The position numbers and the translations under genes were made by a program. Shown piece after piece: positions 36,874 to 46,623 of a stretch of 64,000 bases of DNA; position 1 is the first letter of the stretch, and every line of letters begins with the position of its first letter. The DNA is from Candidatus Woesearchaeota archaeon (lineage in GTDB: Archaea; Nanobdellota; Nanobdellia; Woesearchaeales; 0-14-0-80-44-23). Location: positions 544,001 to 608,000 of the forward strand of contig JAVZCZ010000001.1 in the NCBI GenBank assembly GCA_038874135.1, written 5' to 3'. Below the pieces are notes generated by a model. It ran no database searches. It was not told the DNA's origin and saw only the letters and a list, made by a program, of their open reading frames with translations.

Positions 36874-38907
36874 ATGGAAGCTTCAGAACAGGTCAAGATT
36901 TGGTACGAGCTCTTAGACCGATTCTACCAGATACAGCTGTTCGAAGCAAGTGCTAAAGGGCTTCCATCCGTACAGATAGACTTTAATGAAGTAGTAAAAT
37001 TCAGCCCCGCTCTTGCAGAAGACCTTTTAGAAAGGCCGGAAGACACAATAAAAGCCTGCGAACTTGCAATGGCTCAGTTTGAGCAGTTTGACAGGGGAAA
37101 GAAGCCGCGGGTCAGATTCGTAAACCTGCCGCAGTCTCAAACTATACTAATAAGGAACATTAGAAGCGAACATCTGGGCAAGTTTCTAAGAATAGAGGGC
37201 GTAGTTAGAAAAAAGGGCGATGTCAGGCCTAAGATAACTTCTGCAACATTTGAATGCCCAAGCTGCGGTCAGACGATAAAGGTTATACAAACAGGACAGG
37301 TTTTTAAGGAACCGACAAGGTGCAGCTGCGGCAGGCAGGGTAACTTTCGCCTAGTTGGCAAGGAGCTCATAGATGCGCAGGGGCTTGTAATTGAAGAAAT
37401 CCCAGAACAGTTGGAAGGAGGAGAACAGCCGAAGCGTATAAATGTTTTACTCCAAGACGATTTGGTCAGCCCCGTAACCGAAAAGAAGACAAACCCGGGA
37501 AGCAAGATTGAGATAATAGGCTGGGTTAAGGAGATTCCCCACCTCACAAAGTCTGGAAAAAAGTCAATTGATTATGACTTGGTTGTTGAGGCAAATAATA
37601 TTTTTTCTAAAGAGAGCTCTTTCTTTGAGATGAGCATAAGCAAAGAAGATGAAGAGAAAATAATTGAATTCTCAAAAGACCCGAAGATATATGAAAAACT
37701 CATAAACTCAATTGCCCCTTCCATATTCGGATATGAAGAGATAAAAGAAGCGCTGCTCCTGCAACTCTTCGGCGGAATTCAAAAAGTTAGAAAGGACGGA
37801 GTTGTCTCTAGGGGAGACATACATATTCTCTTAGTAGGAGATCCCGGAGCTGGAAAATCTCAGCTTTTAAAAAGAATAGGTGTTGTTGCTCCGAGAGGCA
37901 GATATGTTTCTGGAAAGGGAGTTAGCGGTGCTGGACTTACAGCCGCAGTAGTTAAGGACGAATTCTTAGGAGGATACAGCCTTGAAGCAGGAGCGTTAGT
38001 GCTTGCTAACAAGGGAATATGTTGTATAGATGAGCTAGACAAAATGAGCAATGAGGACAGGAGTGCAATGCATGAGGCACTGGAGCAACAGACTGTTTCA
38101 ATATCCAAAGCAAATATACAGGCAACTTTGGTTGCTCAGACAACTGTGCTAGCGGCTGCTAATCCCAAGTTTGGAAGGTTTGACCCTTATGAGACTATGA
38201 TAGTTAAACAGATTGACCTTCCACCTGCACTAATAAACAGGTTTGATCTGATATTTCCAATAAAAGACATGCCGGATAAAAAGAGAGATGAAAAAATGGC
38301 AAAACACATTCTTCAACTTCACCAAAATCCTGACATGTTAGTTGAAGAGATCCCAACGGAGTTTATAAGAAAATACATAGCCTATGCTAAGCAAAAGATT
38401 TTTCCAAAATTGACAGACCAGGCAGTAGATGAAATAGAAAGTTACTATGTGGAGCTGAGAAGCACTGCGAGCAGCTCAGAAGAAGCGGCAAGGGCAATAC
38501 CCATATCGCCCAGACAGCTAGAAGCGATAGTTAGGCTTGCTGAGGCATCAGCCAGAGTTAGACTTTCTGACAAGGTCACAAGAAAAGATGCAAGAAGAGC
38601 CATAGACCTGCTGAACTTCAGCCTCGGACAGGTAGCCAGAGATCGAGAAACTGGAAGAATAGATATAGACGTGATAAGCACTGGAATAAGCACGAGTGAG
38701 CGCGACAAAATCATGAAGGTAAGAGAAATAATAAATGAGCTGGATTTGAAGTTTGCCTCAGCTGGAAAAAACATACCTACTGAAGAAATAATAGCCGCTG
38801 CTGAAGAGCAGGGTATAAAAAAACCTGAAGTTGAAGAGATAATCCAAAAGCTGAGGCGCTCTGGAGACATATTTGAGCCCAGACACGGATTTATACAGAA
38901 GATGTAA
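36874..38907 (+). CDS. mcm: MCM replicative helicase
   Basis: Zn finger CPSC...CSC, GDPGAGKSQ, IDELDKM, AAANP, SPRQLE, C-terminal winged helix. Confidence 0.97.
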   Translation: MEASEQVKIWYELLDRFYQIQLFEASAKGLPSVQIDFNEVVKFSPALAEDLLERPEDTIKACELAMAQFEQFDRGKKPRVRFVNLPQSQTILIRNIRSEHLGKFLRIEGVVRKKGDVRPKITSATFECPSCGQTIKVIQTGQVFKEPTRCSCGRQGNFRLVGKELIDAQGLVIEEIPEQLEGGEQPKRINVLLQDDLVSPVTEKKTNPGSKIEIIGWVKEIPHLTKSGKKSIDYDLVVEANNIFSKESSFFEMSISKEDEEKIIEFSKDPKIYEKLINSIAPSIFGYEEIKEALLLQLFGGIQKVRKDGVVSRGDIHILLVGDPGAGKSQLLKRIGVVAPRGRYVSGKGVSGAGLTAAVVKDEFLGGYSLEAGALVLANKGICCIDELDKMSNEDRSAMHEALEQQTVSISKANIQATLVAQTTVLAAANPKFGRFDPYETMIVKQIDLPPALINRFDLIFPIKDMPDKKRDEKMAKHILQLHQNPDMLVEEIPTEFIRKYIAYAKQKIFPKLTDQAVDEIESYYVELRSTASSSEEAARAIPISPRQLEAIVRLAEASARVRLSDKVTRKDARRAIDLLNFSLGQVARDRETGRIDIDVISTGISTSERDKIMKVREIINELDLKFASAGKNIPTEEIIAAAEEQGIKKPEVEEIIQKLRRSGDIFEPRHGFIQKM

Positions 38908-38909
38908 AG

Positions 38910-39566
38910 ATGGAACCTGAAAAGAAGCTGGAAAGGCCTATTGCCTTCAAGATTTCAATTAGTGAATTTTTAAATGGAGAGTATGTAAAAAGTGACGGCT
39001 GGGACCCGAATTATCTTGTAACCGAGTTCTATCCTAGAGTTTCAAAAGTAAATATTATAGGCGTTGTGATTTCAAACGAGCTTGAACAGTTTGGGGAGAT
39101 AGCATATAGGAATATACTTTTGGATGATGGAACGGGCTCTGTGCATCTTAGAAATTTTGAAAATCCAGAAGCATTCTCAAACATAAACATTTCGGACACG
39201 GTTTTAGTGCTTGGAAAGCCGCGAGAGTACAATAATGAGAGGTATGTTCTAGCTGAAATTGTGAGGAAGGTTGATCCAAAATGGCTGGAGGTACGAAAGG
39301 TTGAACTATCCCTTAGAAAAAAAGCTGTGGAAGGGGAAAAAGAGGTTGTAGAAGAGTCCATTTCTGAAAGCGAGAGCGGAAAAAGTGAGATGAGTGGGCT
39401 AGAAAAGGTTTATCGCCTAGTGCAAGAACTTGATTCTGGGGATGGAGCGCCTTATGATGAAGTGATTAAAAGGGCAGGAATTTCCGATGCTGAGGAAGTT
39501 ATAAGAAAGCTTCTGGAAAGGGGAGACATCTTTGAAATACGAACTGGAAGGTTGAAAGTGTTATAA
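38910..39566 (+). CDS. RPA32/RPA2-like OB-fold + winged helix protein
   Basis: KVNIIGVV, LDDGTGSV, GKPREYN; C-terminal LERGDIFE. Confidence 0.8.
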   Translation: MEPEKKLERPIAFKISISEFLNGEYVKSDGWDPNYLVTEFYPRVSKVNIIGVVISNELEQFGEIAYRNILLDDGTGSVHLRNFENPEAFSNINISDTVLVLGKPREYNNERYVLAEIVRKVDPKWLEVRKVELSLRKKAVEGEKEVVEESISESESGKSEMSGLEKVYRLVQELDSGDGAPYDEVIKRAGISDAEEVIRKLLERGDIFEIRTGRLKVL

Positions 39567-39574
39567 TACCTGTG

Positions 39575-39604
39575 TTATTATTATCAATTTTATTATTATC
39601 AATT
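39575..39604. repeat. Perfect 15-bp tandem duplication spanning the trmB stop
   Basis: TTATTATTATCAATT twice. Confidence 0.85.
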
Positions 39605-40435
39605 CTTGTTTTTAATGCTTGCCTTCTCTGTTGCTTTTAATGTGTTTTCAAAATCTTTTGTTTTAGCATCAAACATTTTTTCAACAGCGCTGGCAAACAA
39701 TCCTGTATCAACCCATATTCCTGCATCATATGCTGGATGTATCTCCTTATCATCCATCATCATGAAAAAGATACTTCTCCCGTCCACAACTACAAACCTT
39801 GCCCTGTCACTTGTGTGCCTTATCTCCGCAACTTCAGCCAGCTCTTTCAAAATATTTTCAGTCTCTTTTGTTACTGGCGCTGCAATAGTTATTTTTACAC
39901 CCTTTTGAGATATCTTTCTAAAAAGTTCTAAAAACTTAGAGGCATCCCTCTGCAGTTCAGTGTCTGTCGTGTGAATTAGAATTCTCTTCTCAGCATTCTT
40001 TATTAAAGCTTCCAGCTGGTCCTCTATGCTTCTTCTTCCCTTTATGGCGCCGCATCGGTCTGTTGCATCAACTAGCTCTGAACCACCCTTATATATTGAA
40101 TTGAGCTCTTTTAATAGCTCGCTGGATTTTGCTTCTTCAAGCAGAGCTGTTTTTTCTTCCATCTCCAGCAGCACCTTCTTTTTAACTCTGTCCACAACCT
40201 CTTCAGGAGGCACTGCCAAATACTTTATCGGCTTTCCGAGCTTTACTATTATAAATCCCTTTTTTTCAAGAGATTCAAGAACATCATAAGTTCTGGAACG
40301 GGGCACATTTGCAATGTCTGAAAGTTCACCTGCAGTTGAGACCCCTCTTGAAAGAAGTGCCACCCAGAGTTTGGCTTCATAGCTGTTAAGCCCAAATGCT
40401 TTAAGCTTCATCAAAAAGTTTTTCTGAACTATCAT
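39599..40435 (-). CDS. trmB: TrmB family transcriptional regulator
   Basis: FGLNSYEAK, VPRSRTYDVLESLEKKG, KPIKY; effector-binding domain. Confidence 0.9.
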   Translation of the reverse strand: MIVQKNFLMKLKAFGLNSYEAKLWVALLSRGVSTAGELSDIANVPRSRTYDVLESLEKKGFIIVKLGKPIKYLAVPPEEVVDRVKKKVLLEMEEKTALLEEAKSSELLKELNSIYKGGSELVDATDRCGAIKGRRSIEDQLEALIKNAEKRILIHTTDTELQRDASKFLELFRKISQKGVKITIAAPVTKETENILKELAEVAEIRHTSDRARFVVVDGRSIFFMMMDDKEIHPAYDAGIWVDTGLFASAVEKMFDAKTKDFENTLKATEKASIKNKN

Positions 40436-40449
40436 CTTACTCCCCTTGA

Positions 40450-40468
40450 TTTACTATTGTTTAGTAAA
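40450..40468. promoter_or_regulatory. Putative TrmB operator palindrome
   Basis: TTTACTA-N5-TAGTAAA between the trmB TATA box and start codon. Confidence 0.6.
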
Positions 40469-40572
40469 AACTAATTGATATTTAAATCTTTCTATTTTTT
40501 TGCTATTATTCAGTGATAAAAAAATAGATTTTTAGTAAAATTTATATTTTTAATTAAAAGAAAAGTAAAAAC

Positions 40573-41520
40573 ATGGATATCTTAGACTTAAATGCGAAAA
40601 GAGGAAAGTTTTTACTTCTGGTTGGCCCGATGAATTCTGGAAAAACAGAAACTGCAATACGCTGGGCTGAAAACATCGCTAATCACACCGATTGTAACTT
40701 GCTCTTCTTCAAGCCGGACATAGATGTAAGAAGTCCAAAAGATCGTGTGATTTCAAACAGCTCTTTGGGAAAACTAGAGTTCCCTGCAATAACAATAAGC
40801 TCTCAAAACCCTGAGGAAGCACTGGAAATTATAAAAAATGAAAAAAAATTTGTTGACGCAATCTTCTTTGACGAATTAAACTTTTTCAATAAAAAGATAG
40901 TTGAAGTTATTGAAGAACTTAGAAAGGGAGATGGAAGACAAAGAATAATTGTTGGAACTGGTTTAGACAAAACATTCAGAGGAGAACCTTTTGAACCTGT
41001 AGACCTGCTCATCCTAAGCGCAGATGAGGTTGAATTTCACCATGCCTACTGCAAACATATTTTAAAAGATGAAAACGGATTCAAACAGTGCAAAAAACCG
41101 GCTTCCTACACCATGCGGCTCGTCCTAAGCGAAGGAAAAGAGAAGGAAACTTATGATTTTTTTGATAAGGAGAACAGGCCTGTATTGGGAAAATACTTGC
41201 CAGTAAAATATTATGATCCCACTATAGTTGTTGAAAGAAAAGAAAGTGGAGAATTTCCCAGAGTGTATTATATTTCTGTTTGCAGAGATTGTTTTAAAAT
41301 TGATGGAAAAAGAAGGGTTGTTGAAGTTTATGATTTCATAAGAAAAAAGAAAGGAGCGTCTTTAGAAGAAATAGTTAAAAAATTCTCTGAAGAAGAAGAT
41401 GGTGAAATAATCACTTTCCTAAAAGAGGAAAAAAAGATTTATGAAAGGAACGGAAAATTTTTTGCGACTTCTTATGAATATGATTATCAATTAAAAACTT
41501 ATCTTCCAAAAGAAGTTTAG
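40573..41520 (+). CDS. tdk: Thymidine kinase with insertion and C-terminal extension
   Basis: GPMNSGKT, FKPDIDVR, DELNFF, GLDKTFRGEPF, YISVCRDCF. Confidence 0.8.
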   Translation: MDILDLNAKRGKFLLLVGPMNSGKTETAIRWAENIANHTDCNLLFFKPDIDVRSPKDRVISNSSLGKLEFPAITISSQNPEEALEIIKNEKKFVDAIFFDELNFFNKKIVEVIEELRKGDGRQRIIVGTGLDKTFRGEPFEPVDLLILSADEVEFHHAYCKHILKDENGFKQCKKPASYTMRLVLSEGKEKETYDFFDKENRPVLGKYLPVKYYDPTIVVERKESGEFPRVYYISVCRDCFKIDGKRRVVEVYDFIRKKKGASLEEIVKKFSEEEDGEIITFLKEEKKIYERNGKFFATSYEYDYQLKTYLPKEV

Positions 41521-41573
41521 AAAACTTTTTATAGTGCATTTCAATTTAGGAAAGGAAAAAGGAGGTGTTAGTT

Positions 41574-41810
41574 ATGGCTGTTGAGCCTGTCATTTATGTA
41601 ATTCTGGCAATATTATTTGGAATAGTTGCTGCAATATTATATAGTCTAAGAATTGTAGTAATAATGGAAAGAAGAATTGCTCGTATGGACTTCAACCTCA
41701 TGCGTCTAACTGAAAAGATCGCTAGGGAAGAGGAAGAAGTAATAAAAGAAGAGAAAAAAATAGAAGAGGAAGAAAAGAAGATGGAGAAAAAGGTAAGAGC
41801 GAAAAAGTAG
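41574..41810 (+). CDS. Small membrane-anchored coiled-coil protein
   Basis: GGAGGTG SD; one TM helix then MERRIARMD and E/K-rich tail. Confidence 0.75.
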   Translation: MAVEPVIYVILAILFGIVAAILYSLRIVVIMERRIARMDFNLMRLTEKIAREEEEVIKEEKKIEEEEKKMEKKVRAKK

Positions 41811-41820
41811 GATTTCTAAA

Positions 41821-42732
41821 ATGGAAATTGAAGAGGCTGTTAGACAGATAAAAGAGTTGAAAGTTCAAGGCGCAGAAAACATAGCTAGATTCGCAGTTAA
41901 AACTCTGATGGAAGTCGTTAAAAATTCTGAAGCGCAGACTGTCAGCAGCCTCTACACTGAATTAAGTGATGCAGCCAGACGTCTCTCCCAGGCTAGACCT
42001 ACTGAGCCTTGCATGTTCAACTCCTTCAGATATGTTTTTGTAGGGCTCAAAAAGGGTTCTGCAGTTGAGCTTTACAAGAGTGCTCTGGAAAGGATGGAGG
42101 CTGTTCTGAAACATTTTGACGAAGCGCAAGAGACAATAGCTGAAATTGGTGCAAAAAAGATAAAAAATGGCAGTGTTGTTTTTACACACTGCCACTCTTC
42201 AACTGTAATAAAGATTTTAGAGAAGGCAAAGAAGCAGGGAAAGAGATTTGAAGTATATAATACTGAAACAAGACCACTATATCAGGGAAGAAAAACTGCT
42301 GAAGAGCTTAATGCTTTAGGAATTCCAGTAACTCATTTTGTAGACGCAGCTGCAAGATATGCAATAAAAAAATGCGACATAGCACTAATAGGAGCAGATG
42401 CGATCACCAGCGATGGAAAGGTGATAAACAAGATAGGCTCAGAGCTTTTTGCAGAGGTGGCAAAGAAGTTTGAAGTGCCATTCTATTCCTGCACAGACTC
42501 CTGGAAGTTTGATGTGGAGAGCATTTTTGGATATGAAAAAAATCTTGAAATAAGAAGTCCAAATGAAATCTGGCCTGAAGCGCCTTCTGGAATCAAAATA
42601 AATAATTACGCCTTTGAAAAGGTAGATGCAGAGCTCATAACAGGTCTCATTTCTGAGTTAGGAATTTACCACCCTGATGTGTTTGTCCAAGAGATTAGAA
42701 GAACATACCCTGAATTATTCAAAAAATATTAA
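41821..42732 (+). CDS. Ribose-1,5-bisphosphate isomerase (eIF-2B alpha/beta/delta family)
   Basis: KVQGA, RPTEP, THCHSS, ETRP, GADAI, NKIGS. Confidence 0.8.
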   Translation: MEIEEAVRQIKELKVQGAENIARFAVKTLMEVVKNSEAQTVSSLYTELSDAARRLSQARPTEPCMFNSFRYVFVGLKKGSAVELYKSALERMEAVLKHFDEAQETIAEIGAKKIKNGSVVFTHCHSSTVIKILEKAKKQGKRFEVYNTETRPLYQGRKTAEELNALGIPVTHFVDAAARYAIKKCDIALIGADAITSDGKVINKIGSELFAEVAKKFEVPFYSCTDSWKFDVESIFGYEKNLEIRSPNEIWPEAPSGIKINNYAFEKVDAELITGLISELGIYHPDVFVQEIRRTYPELFKKY

Positions 42733-42799
42733 GCTTTTGCAAATAAAAAGTAGTTAAGGCGTGGCAAAAATTTTAAGTTCAAATTTTTAAGTTGAAGTC

Positions 42800-43731
42800 C
42801 CTCTCAGACCTTAATTTCGCGTGGAAGCTTTTTTTATCATCATAGAAATAAAAATCAGGAAATAATAAAAGCGAGAGATGATAAAAAGCGAAAGTGATAG
42901 GATTCCAAGAAAAGAAATAATAAAGAAAAAGAACAGAAGAATAAGATAAGATTAAGGAATAATAAGATAAGATGAAAATGCTAATAAAAAAATCAAATGG
43001 TTCTGAAAGAAATTTTAGAAAATGAAGTTTTAATAGATTGTTTTTAAAAATATTTTTTTAAAATATATTTTTCAAAATATATTTAAAAATTATATTAAGA
43101 ATTATGTTTAAAAATATAAAAACTAAAAACAAAAAAGACAGAATAATAAAAAATATTTAATTTCAATATTGAAAAAAATAAAAAATAATTATTCTTACTA
43201 TATTTATTATTTTATTATGAATATTTTATAATAGATATTTAAAAACATGTTTTATATGATATATTTTTCAATATATTCTTTATTTCTTAAATTTTTGACT
43301 AATCATTTAGAATATGTTTTTCTTTAATATATTCTTTATTTTTTGTATTTTATGTTTTATATTTTCAATCATATATTTTTGTCTTTCGTATTTCTGCCTT
43401 ATTTTTTATTTCTATTTTGATACTAAATTTTTTAATCTTTAAATTTTAACATCTCCTTTTAATTCTTTAATCTTTTATTTTTTTAGTCTGTTCCAAAAGA
43501 AACAAAGGTGTCAGAGTGTTGCAATGCATTTGCACGCAGAAAATTTGGCATTAACTTGTATTTTTTTTCAGATACTAAACTTGTTCTGAAAGCAAATCAG
43601 AAGATTATCGTCTAAAAAATTTTATCTAATTAAAACTGCACTATCTTTTCAGACAATCTAATGCTTGTTTTTGTTAATATATCTTTCAAAACATAAACCT
43701 TTAAATACCTTTGTTTCACTTGGAACTTTTT
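42800..43731. other. Probable chromosomal replication origin (oriC)
   Basis: ~1 kb non-coding, extremely AT-rich gap before cdc6; ORB-like boxes at 42809-42826 (-), 43490-43511 (+) and 43707-43726 (-). Confidence 0.8.
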
Positions 43732-44949
43732 ATGACTCAGAACAACAACATTTCTAAAAATCTTTTTGAAAAGTTCCTTACAAAGAACTCAATATTCCTA
43801 AACAAGAGCGTACTGCAGGCAAACTACCTTCCGGACTCAATACCCCACAGAGAAGAACAGATACGGCAGATTAGGGATGTAGTAGGACCTGCGCTTCGCA
43901 TGGAAAAGCCTTCTAACCTTTTCATATACGGACAAACTGGAACTGGAAAGACTGTTACTGTCAAATACATTGCAGATGCAATGCTCAACTTTGCCAAAGC
44001 AAACAACATTCCCTTACGAATAATATACCTAAATTGCAAGATGAAAAAGGTTGCAGATACAGAATACAGGCTTGTCGCCCAGCTAGCAAGGGAGTTTGGA
44101 AAAGAAATACCTGCCACAGGCCTTCCCACAGACGAGGTTTACAAGATATTCTTCTCAGTTTTAGACAGGGAAAGGCAGATAGTTCTTCTCATCCTGGACG
44201 AGATAGACCAGCTCATAGACAAGTCTGGAGAGGAGCTACTTTACAATTTGACCAGGATAAATGAGGAGCTAAAAAACGCTCAGGTTTCAATAATTGGGAT
44301 AACCAACAGGGTTAGCTTCGGAGAAAACCTTGACCCGCGAATAAAAAGCTCGCTTTCAGAAGAAGAAATCCTCTTTCCACCATATAATGCATTACAGATA
44401 CAGAACATACTCTACCAAAGGGCAAAATACGCATTCAAGCCAGGCGTTCTAGCTGAGGGCGTAATTGAAAAATGCTCGGCATACGCAGCTAAGGAGCACG
44501 GAGATGCGAGGCGCGCTTTGGAACTACTCCGAGTTGCAGGCGAAATCGCTGAGCGAAGGGACAGCACCCAGATAACAATAGCTGACGTTGACGAAGCTGA
44601 TAGCAAGATTGAGAAAGACCGCGTTATTGACATAGTTGAAGTCCAGCCGAAAGAGTTCCAAGCTACCTTGTACGCAATAATGCGGCTTGCAAAGAACAGA
44701 AAAAACAGTGCAATCTACACTGGAGATGTTTACGAGCTGTACAGGGGCATATGCGCGGAAGCAAACTTAAGGCCGCTTACTCAGAGGCGTATTTCAGACA
44801 TCATAGGCGAGCTAGATATGGAAGGAATAATTAATGCTAAAGTGATTTCAAAAGGACGGCAGGGAAGAACTCGCGAAATATCTTTCAACCTTCCGCAAGA
44901 AATTGCAGAAAGGGTTGAGAGAATAATTAGGGATTCTTTAGGAATATGA
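43732..44949 (+). CDS. cdc6: Orc1/Cdc6 replication initiator
   Basis: PHREEQI, GQTGTGKT, LDEIDQL, FPPYNA, HGDARRAL, GRQGRTR. Confidence 0.97.
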   Translation: MTQNNNISKNLFEKFLTKNSIFLNKSVLQANYLPDSIPHREEQIRQIRDVVGPALRMEKPSNLFIYGQTGTGKTVTVKYIADAMLNFAKANNIPLRIIYLNCKMKKVADTEYRLVAQLAREFGKEIPATGLPTDEVYKIFFSVLDRERQIVLLILDEIDQLIDKSGEELLYNLTRINEELKNAQVSIIGITNRVSFGENLDPRIKSSLSEEEILFPPYNALQIQNILYQRAKYAFKPGVLAEGVIEKCSAYAAKEHGDARRALELLRVAGEIAERRDSTQITIADVDEADSKIEKDRVIDIVEVQPKEFQATLYAIMRLAKNRKNSAIYTGDVYELYRGICAEANLRPLTQRRISDIIGELDMEGIINAKVISKGRQGRTREISFNLPQEIAERVERIIRDSLGI

Positions 44950-44976
44950 ACTGCTCGTGTTAAAAAGGAATCTGCT

Positions 44977-46623
44977 ATGAATGAGGAAGAGAAAAAACAA
45001 AAGATAAAGGAAATTGTAAGAAGGCTGGCTGAACAAGGCCTGCTTGCAAGTCCCGAGCTTATTGAGCAGGAGTTGAGTCGAGCAGGCAGTCCAGATGAAG
45101 GTTTTCTTTCCAAAAAGATTGAAGATTCTGCGAGAAGGGAAATGCTGGTGTTAGATAAAACTTCAGTTCAGATTGCCAGCCGGGGTCGCGATGTGAATTG
45201 GACTGAGCTGGAAAGGGTGAAAGCTGCTAAGGAGATGGGCAAAGAATCGCGCGCTTACGAATCTTTTGTCAAGATGGCTGAATCAGCACCATCTGAACAG
45301 GAGCAGCAGGCAGATTCGTGCAGAGTGATTGTTGAAAACTTTGAAGTGGAAAATAGAAGTAGGACAGTTCAGGATTTTGTTGACTATTTTAACGCGAGAT
45401 ATGCGATGCTGGAATCAATGCTGAGAAGCAGACAGGAGCTTACTAACATTGTTTCAATAAGCAGGATATCTAAGAAGAGGGATAGGGAAGAGGTTTCCCT
45501 AATTGGAATGGTTTTTGATAAGAGTGTTACCAAGAACGGAAATATAATTCTTACCTTGGAAGACACTACTGGAAGAATAAATGTTCTTTTTAATAAGGGA
45601 AAAAAAGAGCTCTATCAAGCTGCCAAGGACACTGTACTGGATGAGGTCGTAGGAATTAATGGAGTAACATCTGATAATATCGTTTTTGCAAATGCTCTGA
45701 TAAGGCCAGACATTCCTGTGATTGAAAAGAAGAGCTCTCCTGAGGAGGGTTACGCAGTTTTTCTTTCAGACCTTCATGTAGGTTCAAAAAAGTTTTTGCT
45801 AGAAGAGTTCAATAAGTTTTTAGAATGGATAAACGGCAACGCGGGAAACCCTTCACAGAGGGAGATAGCATCCAAGGTTAAATACATATTCATTGTAGGG
45901 GACTTGATTGATGGAGTGGGGATATATGCAGAGCAGGACAAGGATCTAACCACGAAGGATGTAAAAGAGCAGTATGATGAATGTGCTGCTCTTCTCTCAA
46001 AAATCCCCAAGCATATTAAGCTAATAATTTCTCCTGGAAACCACGATGCAATGCGAATAGCCGAGCCTCAGCCAAAGCTTTATGATGATTTTGCAGAATC
46101 TATTTGGAAGCTTCCGAACGCTATTTTAGTAACTAATCCAGCTCTAGTGAATATTGACTCCTCAGAAAATTTTTCAGGATTTAATGTGCTGATTTATCAC
46201 GGCTACAGCTTTGACTACTATGTTTCAGAAGTTGAATCCATCCGCGCCAAGGGCGGCTATGACAAGGCAGATCTGATAATGAAGTTTCTTCTAGAGCGGA
46301 GACACCTTGCTCCAGCAACATCTTCAACACTTTTCATTCCAGAAACGACAAAGGATCCGCTGGTAATAAGCAAGATTCCAGACATCTTTGTAACAGGGCA
46401 CATACATAAGTGCTCTGCTTCCATCTACAAAAACATAGTGCTTATAGGCGGAAGCTGCTGGCAGGCAAAAACAGAGTTTCAAGAAAGGGTTGGACATCAT
46501 CCACTCCCTGCAAGGGTTCCAATAATGAATCTGAAAACGAGGGAGATAAAGATACTTAATTTTGAAAAACAGCAGAAGGAGGAAAAGGTTGATGGACGAG
46601 CCGAGCAAGAGAGAAGCCAGTGA
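44977..46623 (+). CDS. polB: DNA polymerase D small subunit DP1
   Basis: OB fold; SDLHVGS, GDLIDG, PGNHDA, YHG, RHLAP, GHIH. Confidence 0.95.
   Translation: MNEEEKKQKIKEIVRRLAEQGLLASPELIEQELSRAGSPDEGFLSKKIEDSARREMLVLDKTSVQIASRGRDVNWTELERVKAAKEMGKESRAYESFVKMAESAPSEQEQQADSCRVIVENFEVENRSRTVQDFVDYFNARYAMLESMLRSRQELTNIVSISRISKKRDREEVSLIGMVFDKSVTKNGNIILTLEDTTGRINVLFNKGKKELYQAAKDTVLDEVVGINGVTSDNIVFANALIRPDIPVIEKKSSPEEGYAVFLSDLHVGSKKFLLEEFNKFLEWINGNAGNPSQREIASKVKYIFIVGDLIDGVGIYAEQDKDLTTKDVKEQYDECAALLSKIPKHIKLIISPGNHDAMRIAEPQPKLYDDFAESIWKLPNAILVTNPALVNIDSSENFSGFNVLIYHGYSFDYYVSEVESIRAKGGYDKADLIMKFLLERRHLAPATSSTLFIPETTKDPLVISKIPDIFVTGHIHKCSASIYKNIVLIGGSCWQAKTEFQERVGHHPLPARVPIMNLKTREIKILNFEKQQKEEKVDGRAEQERSQ

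Noticed and set aside
42733-43731. CRISPR array or hidden gene in the long AT-rich gap
   Set aside because: No regularly spaced repeats and no ORF of 60 aa or more in the track; ORBs and adjacency to cdc6 favour oriC.
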